Source: Candidatus Sumerlaeaceae bacterium (GTDB taxonomy: Bacteria > Sumerlaeota > Sumerlaeia > Sumerlaeales > Sumerlaeaceae). From it: DNA of 64,000 nucleotides. Under the pieces are notes generated by a model that worked only from the letters and a program-made list of their open reading frames with translations, was not told the origin of the DNA and searched no databases. Shown here piece after piece: positions 34,209 to 42,865 of the stretch. The DNA lies in assembly GCA_051003195.1 (NCBI GenBank), contig JBPCLP010000053.1, positions 32,001 to 96,000 on the forward strand, read 5' to 3'. The position numbers were made by a program, and so were the translations under genes. Positions within the stretch are counted from its first letter, which is position 1. Each line of letters opens with the position of its first letter.

Positions 34209-35033
34209 CTACTGCCCAAACCTCTCGCGCACTGCGTCCGCCGGCACCTGGCGCCATTCGCTGGACGGCAAAAGCCGCGAGATGGAAAGCTTCTTTTCGT
34301 CGATCGTTGCCTCGCGGTCGCCGAACAATTCCGAGTTAAAGTTGATCCCCTTCGTGCCCGGTTGCGTGCTCCAGTAGTGCAACCCCACGCGATGGCCCTG
34401 TGGGTCGTAGGCCCAGGCGACGAAAATGACGGAGTGCCCGCTTCGATTGTTACGCCAGATCTGCACAAAATCACCCGGCAGCGCGGCGTCGAGGTTTTCG
34501 ATCTTCTTGCCGAGCCCGAAACCGAGGAGCGCGTCCTCCGGGCCCGGTGAAAAGAGCTGGTCGCAGAACCACAGCCGCTTGAACAGCGGCAGGGTCTCCG
34601 ACGTTATTGCACCTGCAATGGCTGGATCCTTGTCGATGGTGCGCAGCAGCACTTCCAGCGTAAGGCCGCAACAAAACGTGCGGCCTTTGGCTTCGCCCTT
34701 CATCGCGGGAATACCGGCAACGATCACGTCGGTGGTCGCACCATCGTACTGCCCCTCGCCGCGCTTTGGCCACCAGTAGGTGTGCACACCGGTACGCGGG
34801 TACTCGAGCAGACATTTCACGATAGACGCATTTGGCCCTGGCAGGTTCGGCAACTGCTTCTGCAAATTCGACAGCGGGCGAAATGGTTTAACCTGCTGCG
34901 TGATCGTAGTAAATTCGCCCAGCGATGCACTGATCTGAGTTGTTACGCGATCTTCCGTATCCAATGTAGCGTTCGCAGCGCCGCAGCACAACAAGAGGAT
35001 TGCGGCGAATGTGACGTTTAGATCGTTCGGCAT
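34209..35033 (-). CDS. Secreted protein with probable papain-like Cys-His (NlpC/P60-like) catalytic pair
   Basis: Signal peptide; TFCCG..PGDFVQIW..SGHSVIF..YWS. Confidence 0.6.
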   Translation of the reverse strand: MPNDLNVTFAAILLLCCGAANATLDTEDRVTTQISASLGEFTTITQQVKPFRPLSNLQKQLPNLPGPNASIVKCLLEYPRTGVHTYWWPKRGEGQYDGATTDVIVAGIPAMKGEAKGRTFCCGLTLEVLLRTIDKDPAIAGAITSETLPLFKRLWFCDQLFSPGPEDALLGFGLGKKIENLDAALPGDFVQIWRNNRSGHSVIFVAWAYDPQGHRVGLHYWSTQPGTKGINFNSELFGDREATIDEKKLSISRLLPSSEWRQVPADAVRERFGQ

Positions 35034-35111
35034 TCTGAAGTAACCCCGCGTATTCGCCCATGTTCGCCAGCAACCAGATACCCATTTACGTCGGCGCACC
35101 GTGCTGAAAGT

Positions 35112-35918
35112 TTACAGCTCCTGGGCAGCGACACCTTCGCTTTGCTCTTCTCCAAAAGCTTCCCAGAAGTGCCCGTCCGCCCGCAAACCGCCGGGATTTT
35201 TGTGCGTCCTGAAAATGTTGCCATAGCTGACACTGCCATTGGTGGGATCATACTCGGTGAATAGTCCTCGTTCCGTATAACCTTCCGGATGCAGGTCGAA
35301 ATGCTGAGGCCTGCATGGAAACTCGATCCACGCAGGTGTCTCGATGGTTAGATCCGGACCGGGAGAAACCAGAAGCCAATCTCCCGCGAGATCTCTCACA
35401 GCCTCCCAGTGCCTCAGAGCACTGTCTTCCCATTGGACCCGGGATATTGGTGGCTCCAATATGCAATATTGAAGGGCGGATACCATGGTAGGCGGACTGA
35501 AGAAGTTGAAACCATGATAAAGGTAAGAGCGATTCTGGTTGGCCATCCACTCCGTATCCTGAATCGCATTTCGTTTCAGCGCTTCCCATTCAAAAATGTC
35601 CCAATGGGCGCCGTACAGCGAGCTCATTCGCTTCATGAACTCAGTTTTAGGGTCTTCGGTTTCATCAGCCAGTACGCGCCACAGAAGCAGCCAGCGCCAC
35701 TTGCCCGCGAGCGGGTAACGATTTGAGTCCACCTGCAGCATCTCAAGTTTGGTCGCCGTTGTACGCATGTTATTTTTAACTGCAGAAACCTTGGAGCGCG
35801 TTTGTGCCTCTTCGAAGTTTGGCAACGCAATCATCGCCAGCATCGAGATAATAGCAATCACGATGAGTAGCTCGACGAGTGTAAAGCCGCCACGGTTAAA
35901 AAACATTCTGCTTCTCAT
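35112..35918 (-). CDS. Prepilin-type N-terminal cleavage/methylation (pseudopilin-like) protein
   Basis: G/FTLVELLIVIAII class III signal; C-terminal SPGPD..YDPTNG. Confidence 0.9.
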   Translation of the reverse strand: MRSRMFFNRGGFTLVELLIVIAIISMLAMIALPNFEEAQTRSKVSAVKNNMRTTATKLEMLQVDSNRYPLAGKWRWLLLWRVLADETEDPKTEFMKRMSSLYGAHWDIFEWEALKRNAIQDTEWMANQNRSYLYHGFNFFSPPTMVSALQYCILEPPISRVQWEDSALRHWEAVRDLAGDWLLVSPGPDLTIETPAWIEFPCRPQHFDLHPEGYTERGLFTEYDPTNGSVSYGNIFRTHKNPGGLRADGHFWEAFGEEQSEGVAAQEL

Positions 35919-36718
35919 TTTCGTCTTCCTCCAGGCAATATATCCGCACCAAAAGCGGGCGCATCGGGCCTGTCGTTATTAGTGGATTTAACAGGTGCCG
36001 GTGTCGTGGGAGGCGCTTGAGGGGCGGCGGCAGGGGCTGCCGCAAGCGCAGCTGGTGCGGTTGTTTCAGACTCGTATGGAATGGGGGTTATTACTGGCAG
36101 CGTTGTTGTTGCACTTGCGACAATCGACACAGGTGTAAGCGCCGGTGAAGCTGGCGAAGGGATAGCAGCGGCAACCTGAACAGGCGCGGAGGAAGGGGCT
36201 TTAGCGCGCGGGGCGCGAGCGGTCCCGAAACGGGGCCCGGTCGCACGTACATTCCATGCCACCAGCGCGGCTACCAGGAACAACCCGCCGGTAACCCAGC
36301 CCGCCCGCATGCGCCGCGGCGATAACTTCGCATATTGTGCGTAGAGGTAAAGTGGAAATGCGACCGGCCAGACGAGCACCTGGAGGAGGAACCACATGGG
36401 TCCGGAGAAATTGAGCTGCGGCGTAGCGGGGGGTTCATTGACCAGCCGCTCAGCGTCGAGCAGGCTGAACAGCGCCGACAGCAGCACGGTAAACCCGACG
36501 ATCTTCAGCAACTTTGTGCCCGGATGCGCATTGTAATCCAGCCACGGGACCCAGGCAACCAGCAGAACAAATGCGGCCGCCGGAATCCATGGCAGCAGCA
36601 TTCCATAATCGAACCGTGAGGAGGTGTCTTCACCAGGAACCTCGCGAACGACCTGCCCGCACAGACAGGTGCGCTGGGAGACGCCGAGTTCTCTGCCACA
36701 GGATGAACACTTATGCAT
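35915..36718 (-). CDS. Membrane protein with N-terminal Zn-ribbon and Pro/Ala/Thr-rich tail
   Basis: CSSCG..CLCG, four hydrophobic segments, low-complexity C-terminus. Confidence 0.65.
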   Translation of the reverse strand: MHKCSSCGRELGVSQRTCLCGQVVREVPGEDTSSRFDYGMLLPWIPAAAFVLLVAWVPWLDYNAHPGTKLLKIVGFTVLLSALFSLLDAERLVNEPPATPQLNFSGPMWFLLQVLVWPVAFPLYLYAQYAKLSPRRMRAGWVTGGLFLVAALVAWNVRATGPRFGTARAPRAKAPSSAPVQVAAAIPSPASPALTPVSIVASATTTLPVITPIPYESETTAPAALAAAPAAAPQAPPTTPAPVKSTNNDRPDAPAFGADILPGGRRK

Positions 36719-36820
36719 GCTGGTTGGACGTACTCTACTGGAGGTTCGTTGACACGTGGAGCCAAATAAATCCGCGCAAAACCTTCAGTGGCCATACTTC
36801 AGCCAATCGTCAAGCCAGGT

Positions 36821-38020
36821 TTATAAGAATCCGCTCGCCTTAATGCGGGTGCATGCTTCGCGTATGCGTTCCTCGTTTGTTGTCAGTGCGAGGCGGAAAT
36901 AGCCCTCGCCTGCCTGGCCGAACCCGTTGCCCGGCGTGGTTACAATCGCACATTTCTCGATCAGTTCGCGCGTCATTTCCATCGATCCGCGGCCGCCCCG
37001 GGTCTTCAGCCAGACATAGAAGGTGCCATCCGGCCGCCGGTAATCGGACCAGCCGAGTTCTTTCATCCCGTCGTCGAGCGCGGCAAGGCGGCGTTTATAC
37101 ATTTCGAGCGTCGGCGTGATGAGTTTCTCGTAGTTTTGCAACGCGACTATTGCCGCGCGCTGAATGGCGGTGAATACCCCGCTATCGAGGTTACTCTTAA
37201 GGCTGATCAGCCCTTTGATCAGTGTCGGATGGCCCGCCGCAAATGCCACACGCCAGCCGGTCATGTTAAACGTTTTCGACAGCGAGTGCATTTCGATTCC
37301 AACTTCTTTTGCGCCCTCCAACTCGAGGAAGCTGATCGCCTGCTCATCCTTGTACGTCATGTCCAGGTAGGCGGCGTCATGCAGCACGATGAAACCATGC
37401 TGCCGGGCCTTCGCGATCACCCGCTCGAAGAACTCGCGTGTCGCGAACGCCGCCGTTGGATTGTTCGGATAATTCAAAATCATCAGTTTCGTGCGTTCGT
37501 ACACCTGTGCCGGAATCGCATCGAGGTCCGGCAGAAAAGCGTTCTCCGCCAGCAGCGGCATCACGTAAGGCTCGCCGCCGGCAAACACGGTAGCGCTGCG
37601 GTACACCGGGTATCCGGGTTCCGGGATGAGCACCACGTCACCGGGATTTACAAACGCCAGTGGGAAGTGGCCGATACCTTCCTTGCTGCCAATGAGAGCG
37701 GTAATCTCGGTCGCGGGATCCAGTTGCACACCGCGCGTGCGCTTGTAGTAGCTGGCTACTTCACTGCGGAAATCCAGCAGCCCGGCGCCAAGCGGGTACT
37801 GGTGATTTTCCACGTGCTGTGCGGCCTCGTTCAGCGCATCGATGATCAATTGCGGGGTGGGCTGATCCGGGTCGCCAATACCCAGGTTGATGACGTCTTC
37901 GCCGCGGGCAATTGCAGCCGTCTTAAGGCGGTCGAGCTCAAGAAACAGGTAAGGCGGAAGCTTCTGCAGGCGTTCACTTAATTGAATGTCGTGCTGAATC
38001 GATGTACTCAAAAGGGTCAT
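36821..38020 (-). CDS. dapL: LL-diaminopimelate aminotransferase (class I PLP enzyme)
   Basis: LPPYLF, LGIGDPD, IGSKEGI, NYPNNPT, HDAAY, HSLSKTFNMTGWR. Confidence 0.8.
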   Translation of the reverse strand: MTLLSTSIQHDIQLSERLQKLPPYLFLELDRLKTAAIARGEDVINLGIGDPDQPTPQLIIDALNEAAQHVENHQYPLGAGLLDFRSEVASYYKRTRGVQLDPATEITALIGSKEGIGHFPLAFVNPGDVVLIPEPGYPVYRSATVFAGGEPYVMPLLAENAFLPDLDAIPAQVYERTKLMILNYPNNPTAAFATREFFERVIAKARQHGFIVLHDAAYLDMTYKDEQAISFLELEGAKEVGIEMHSLSKTFNMTGWRVAFAAGHPTLIKGLISLKSNLDSGVFTAIQRAAIVALQNYEKLITPTLEMYKRRLAALDDGMKELGWSDYRRPDGTFYVWLKTRGGRGSMEMTRELIEKCAIVTTPGNGFGQAGEGYFRLALTTNEERIREACTRIKASGFL

Positions 38021-38155
38021 AGCTCCCAAACTTTTTCGGATTGTGCCAATATCGACGGTGAGTCAGTAAAGCCGAATCTCGATCCCATTCTCTGCTTCTC
38101 AATTGCATACGCACGCGGAGGGCGGAATGTGCCAAGTATGCACTGCATCTCCAAA

Positions 38156-38350
38156 ATGTCACCGGCGTTGCCGGAAGCGCCGACGTCGCCGCCCGAGACC
38201 CGACCGCAGCCACAAACCACGCCACGACCCGAGCGTATTCCGGCGCCGCAACCGCCTGCCAAACCCGCACCTGATCCGTTCAATCCCGAATGGCCTGACG
38301 ATCTGCCTGAGCCGGAGCCGAAGGCGCGCCTCAGGTCTGCCGCGCTTTAG
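38156..38350 (+). CDS. Small proline-rich peptide (64 aa)
   Basis: 21 of 64 residues are Pro; ends PDPFNPEWPDDLPEPEPKARLRSAAL; immediately upstream of and in frame with 38360. Confidence 0.6.
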   Translation: MSPALPEAPTSPPETRPQPQTTPRPERIPAPQPPAKPAPDPFNPEWPDDLPEPEPKARLRSAAL

Positions 38351-38359
38351 CGAGTTCGC

Positions 38360-39328
38360 ATGCAGGAGCTGCAGGGGCAGATCAACAAGCGCATGACGCT
38401 GAACCTTTTGATCCAGGGTTCCGCCGAGCACGCGTTTCTTACTTCCCACTATATAGTTACCGATGAACTAAACGCCCTGCACCCTGCACTGCTGAAACTC
38501 TACGATCAGTTCGCTCTCGGCGCTTTCCTGACGTCGTGGATCGGTGTCAACGCGCTGATCCACGGTAAGCCGGATCGTTTCTGGAAGCGCATCCACGACG
38601 CCGAGCATCCATTCAGCAATCATCCGCTGCTGCGGCGACATGGGCCTGCACTTGCCGACGCAGCGCGGGATCACGTCGAAGCACGCGCACGGCAAAAGGG
38701 GGTGACGCTCACCCCGGGGCTCTTCTCGTTGCAGGTCATGCGGAATTACTCACGCATCGCGTCCCTGGAAAAGCCGCGTATCACGCGCCTGGAAGAGATC
38801 GCGAAGCACGCCACCCGGACCATCTGGGGCATCGATATCGGCCGGCTCGATGCGAATATCACCAGGGACATTGCCTTCGGAATGTTGCGCAAACCTGACA
38901 CCGTGCAGGCGCAGCTTCTCCGCAGCTCGGCCGTGGGCTATGGAGGTGTGCTTAAATCGCCGGGCGGTTTTCGCGTAGTCGCGCGCGGGGTGGTCTGGCC
39001 GCTGCTGTCACACGAGCTTGTCAAAGCCGTCATGGAATTGATCTGCCTGCATGGCCTCAACCGACTGGAGCGCAGCATCTATCTCCGGGTACTGGCAGCG
39101 GCCGACAAAATCGAGTTCGAGCCGTGGATGATCCAGGCCGGGTCTGAACTGTGGCGGCGCTTCCTCGCGGTCCATCCCGCCGACGCCCATCTCGCCACCA
39201 CCGTGATGCACATCGCCCGACTGCCTCCACCCGAACTGGAAACGCTGATGTTCGCGATTGTCGAAGATGCCGAACGGGCGAAAGGAATGATCGAACGGCT
39301 GGGTCAGGCGGCGCAGAGGGAGGAATAG
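38360..39328 (+). CDS. Uncharacterised protein with HExxK motif
   Basis: 322 aa, genome-like codon usage; INKRMTLNLLIQG and WPLLSHELVKAVME. Confidence 0.8.
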   Translation: MQELQGQINKRMTLNLLIQGSAEHAFLTSHYIVTDELNALHPALLKLYDQFALGAFLTSWIGVNALIHGKPDRFWKRIHDAEHPFSNHPLLRRHGPALADAARDHVEARARQKGVTLTPGLFSLQVMRNYSRIASLEKPRITRLEEIAKHATRTIWGIDIGRLDANITRDIAFGMLRKPDTVQAQLLRSSAVGYGGVLKSPGGFRVVARGVVWPLLSHELVKAVMELICLHGLNRLERSIYLRVLAAADKIEFEPWMIQAGSELWRRFLAVHPADAHLATTVMHIARLPPPELETLMFAIVEDAERAKGMIERLGQAAQREE

Positions 39329-39341
39329 CGGAGGGTGCTCC

Positions 39342-39460
39342 AATTCTTATCCACGAATCTCACGAATGACCACGAATAGCCCCACGAATGATGTGAGTCG
39401 GAGGGCGCTAGTGGTGGCGGTTGGAGGCTTTTCAAGTTTTTCAAGTTTTTTTCAAGTTTG
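39342..39460. repeat. Interspersed repeat family A, copy 2
   Basis: CACGAAT x4, then GAGGCTTT and TCAAGTTT x3; similar to 3041-3138. Confidence 0.7.
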
Positions 39461-39857
39461 CGGTGTAGAAGCTTGAATGGATTGCAGATAAATCAAGTTG
39501 GCGAAAAATGGGTAATTTCGCCACTTGAAAAACGGTAATCCTCGCGTAAGGATTCGCGGGGGCCAGTGTCTCTGCAGTCAGGCTTGCCGGATGGGCGGTT
39601 TTCCGTCCGTCGCAAGGACGTAAAATGCCACGCGGATTGGACACGGAAGTACCTTTGCCGTCGGTCGCGGCGTTCGGGCTGCATAGTTGTCAAAGAACAC
39701 GTTTAGCTTACTACGCTGGCAGGTATACACCAGTTGTGGAGGGCGTGTCACTTCCCTGGCGTCACCTTAGGGTGGGCTAAGTCCAATGAAGTCGAAAAAG
39801 ATTTTTTGGGCGAACGTGCGCTGAACTTTCGAGATCGCGAGCTGTCCCCCCGATTCT

Positions 39858-39949
39858 CTCCCGCCAACGTCGCGAAGTACGACAGACAGTACGCCCTGTT
39901 CCGCGATCTCTACTCCAGCCTGAAGGATGATTTCGCGAATCCTTGCTAA
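39858..39949 (+). pseudogene. Possible 3' remnant of an FGGY sugar kinase (xylulokinase-like)
   Basis: PANVAKYDRQYALFRDLYSSLKDDF resembles the terminal helix of XylB; no upstream gene body. Confidence 0.4.
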
Positions 39950-39981
39950 ACTACGCTGACATCGATTGGAGCACAAGCGCT

Positions 39982-40122
39982 GTTCGGAGTACAGGCTTTA
40001 GCCTGGGCAGATTGTGCAACTCCAAGGATCTTTTGTAGGGTGAAGTCATCCCAGGCCAAAGCCTGCACTCCGAACGGGGGGATCTTCGGCGAGCTTGCGT
40101 TCGCCCAGGCTAAAGCCTGTAC
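39982..40122. repeat. REP-like palindromic cluster (3 units)
   Basis: GTTCGGAGTACAGGCTTTAGCCTGGG (39982-40007), inverted copy 40050-40075, third copy 40104-40122; each has a CAGGC/GCCTG hairpin. Confidence 0.8.
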
Positions 40123-40244
40123 ATGAGCAGCTTACTTTGTTAATTCATCAACCGTTCCCACGAGTTTCAGCGTGCGAAAGGGACGCTCTCCACAGTCCCC
40201 GTAACTAATCTTGTGGGAAAAGATCGACGCTAGCAAATTAATTA

Positions 40245-40667
40245 GTGAAAACGTCAACCGTCCCAGTTATTCTCGAGCGTTCTCTCAGCAGCTATGCCAG
40301 AAAATATGAGCGACTGCAAACGACTTCGATAAAACTGGGCTCACGATTAACGGACTTTGACCGCGCCTTGATCGCCGCAGTGCCCCAGCCCGAACCAGAG
40401 GCCATAAAACAACTGCAGAGTGAAAGAGCGAACCTTGAACGGGAACGGAGTAGTTCCAGGGCTGAAGCTGAGCAGCAATTTGCCGGTCTCTCTGAACAGA
40501 AGGACCGTGAGAGAAAGGAAGCCGCAGCCGCCGCACGAGAAAAACAGGAACGTGAAATCCGGCAGGACGCTGCTAAACAGGAGTGGGCTAGGCAATATGG
40601 TGTCCCGCAGGATTCCGGGGAACAGACGAGGCGGGAGCGCTGGCGCTATGGCTTAAAAAATCCGTAA
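40245..40667 (+). CDS. Hypothetical coiled-coil protein or gene fragment
   Basis: 140 aa, E/R/Q/K-rich helical sequence; no family recognised. Confidence 0.35.
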   Translation: MKTSTVPVILERSLSSYARKYERLQTTSIKLGSRLTDFDRALIAAVPQPEPEAIKQLQSERANLERERSSSRAEAEQQFAGLSEQKDRERKEAAAAAREKQEREIRQDAAKQEWARQYGVPQDSGEQTRRERWRYGLKNP

Positions 40668-40832
40668 CTCTTTAGCTCTTTTGGCGCTCGCCCAAACAAA
40701 GGATATTGGTAGAGAGCGCGGAATGAGTTTTATGGGGCGAATGGGTCGGATGCGAATAACGGAGACATTAGATGTGGTACTGTAGCCAGCTATGGTTCGT
40801 TAAGTCGTTCGTTTCAGCCGTGCCGCAACCAA

Positions 40833-42074
40833 CTAACGTTCGTTTACCCATCCGTTCCAGCGGTAGAATAGCGGCCCCACGTCTTCGCCTGCGGCTTCGC
40901 TCATGTACTTCACGATCGTAAGCTTGCTGAGCGGGAAAATGCCCCTGTGCGGCATCTGGCGCTGCAGCCTGATCTCGCCGCGGTCGTGGGCGGCTTTGAG
41001 CGCGTGATAGAATTTTCGCAGAATATCCGGACCGTACTTTACGCGAACGGCGTAGAGCACTTCGTGCGGGTCGTCGGTTCTGTAGGTGGGGTTCTCCAGC
41101 AGTTTGAGACCGAGGGCAGTCCGCTCAGGCCGGATTTTCTGCTGGTACTCGCGCATCTGCTTCGGCATGTCGGGGAAGATTGCATCGCATGAATCGAATG
41201 CATCATTTGTCCGGATTAGCGGATGGGTGATCCATCCCGGGAAGTAGTGGTTGTCGAACACGTGGTTCATCTCGTGGACCCAGTTTCCGACGTTCCACTG
41301 CGCGTCAGCGGCCTGAAAGTGAACGCCCGCGCCATTCTCGTGAGCCACCTCATGCATGGTGTCGTAGATGTTTACGTTAATGATCGGACGATCCGGCTCC
41401 CAACCCATGTGGTTATGAAACCAGTGGTAAATTTTTGTGAAGTGCGCGAGAAGCTGTTCTGGAGTCCAACCGCAGTGCGCGCCGGGCGTCATCTTTATGG
41501 TGATGGGTGGATATTTTTGCTTGGCGACAATGTTGCTGCGCAATGGGCCGGGTAGCACCTGGGCGGGATCACCGACAAACAGGGTGAAGCAGTCGAGGTG
41601 CGTGGTGGTGAGGGGCGCGGGTGCGGTCAGCGTGAACGTGTGCTCACCCGCAGAAAGGGACGTGAGCTGCATGTAGGCAGTGTGCCAGGTGTCCCACCCG
41701 CCGGTGTCCGGCACCGGCACAGTGCCGGTGAGCGTGCGATCAACGGTCAGCAGCAGCTGACGCGGCGCGGGTTTCTGTCCGCGGCGCTCCTGTATCTTTG
41801 ATTGGTCACAGGAATATCGAATGGCGAGGCGTCCTTCGGTGACCGGTTGCTGCAGCTTGAAGCTCCACGCCATCGACTGGCGCGTCCATCCGCCAAACTG
41901 CGCGATGTACTTGTCCGCACTAGCGAAGCGCGAGTTCTCGAGGTGATAGAATTTGGCCGGGGCAATGGTGCAGCCCTCGGCCTCCTGCGTTGCGATGATC
42001 TGGGCAGGAAGCGTCAGCGGGCACAGTGCGAACACCGCCGGCAGGAAATAGATGAAAACGCTCGTCATTGTCAT
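40833..42074 (-). CDS. Secreted protein: CBM6/35-like module plus HExxH metallopeptidase-like domain
   Basis: Signal peptide; EAE..IRYS..PDTGGWDTW..LSAGEHT, then WVHEMNH. Confidence 0.7.
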   Translation of the reverse strand: MTMTSVFIYFLPAVFALCPLTLPAQIIATQEAEGCTIAPAKFYHLENSRFASADKYIAQFGGWTRQSMAWSFKLQQPVTEGRLAIRYSCDQSKIQERRGQKPAPRQLLLTVDRTLTGTVPVPDTGGWDTWHTAYMQLTSLSAGEHTFTLTAPAPLTTTHLDCFTLFVGDPAQVLPGPLRSNIVAKQKYPPITIKMTPGAHCGWTPEQLLAHFTKIYHWFHNHMGWEPDRPIINVNIYDTMHEVAHENGAGVHFQAADAQWNVGNWVHEMNHVFDNHYFPGWITHPLIRTNDAFDSCDAIFPDMPKQMREYQQKIRPERTALGLKLLENPTYRTDDPHEVLYAVRVKYGPDILRKFYHALKAAHDRGEIRLQRQMPHRGIFPLSKLTIVKYMSEAAGEDVGPLFYRWNGWVNER

Positions 42075-42099
42075 GGATTGGAGGATCACCGAGTGAAGC

Positions 42100-42234
42100 A
42101 GAGTGTTGCGCATGGAAGCAGAGGATCTCGTAAGTTCCGCCAGGCGGGAGGCCATTGGTGGCGTGGGCAAGGTCGGCTCGCGCAACGGCGATCCATTTGT
42201 TCAGCAGCTCTCTGCGATTATGATCAAACGGCAT
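42100..42234 (-). pseudogene. Truncated HEPN-domain toxin
   Basis: WIAVARADLAHA..YEILCFHAQ is the HEPN N-terminus; similarity ends where QQAAEK is expected. Confidence 0.7.
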
Positions 42235-42550
42235 ACAGTTCGCGCCCCGTCGACAGGGCTTCGCGGTATATCAGGCCGGGCGAGTCGGCGTATTTTTGCA
42301 AAGTGGACTCGGTAACCGCGACCACATCCACGGGCAGACCGAAGCCCAGCAATTTTGCGTAGATTGCCTGCTCGACTTTGCGGCTATGTTTTCCGTTTTC
42401 AATCACGACGAGCACGTCAATGTCGTTTGCGGTATCGCGATTGTCAGACGCGGCTGATCCGAACAGCACGATTCTACGTGGATTCGACGCTTCGACAATG
42501 CGTTCGACGAGATTGGCCTGCTTTTCCGGCGTGAGCAGCATGATTAGCAT
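42224..42550 (-). CDS. Minimal nucleotidyltransferase (MNT) antitoxin
   Basis: RIVLFGS..DIDVLVV..PVDVV..GRELY; overlaps the HEPN start. Confidence 0.85.
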   Translation of the reverse strand: MLIMLLTPEKQANLVERIVEASNPRRIVLFGSAASDNRDTANDIDVLVVIENGKHSRKVEQAIYAKLLGFGLPVDVVAVTESTLQKYADSPGLIYREALSTGRELYAV

Positions 42551-42865
42551 CTCAGGTACGCGATTGGCAGCGGAGAGTTCAAGAGGCATCTGCGGCATTG
42601 AAACCAGGCGAAATGGGCGGGATTCCGGAGTTCTGCGGGAGTTCTGGGGTCAACTGCCGATCTGATGTTCGCTGTCGTGCGAGGCTAGTGTCCCGGGCGG
42701 GGCACGAGCCGGGTGCAATGCTTCAGCCCGTGTCTAATGTGGGGCTTGGTAACCCGGCGGAACAGCCAATTCCCTGCGGCCCGCAGCTTTCGAGGATTCG
42801 GAAAATAACCTCGACGTGGATTTTATTTGAAGAAGGCCAACGGCATATGCGTAAGCGGGATGAGA

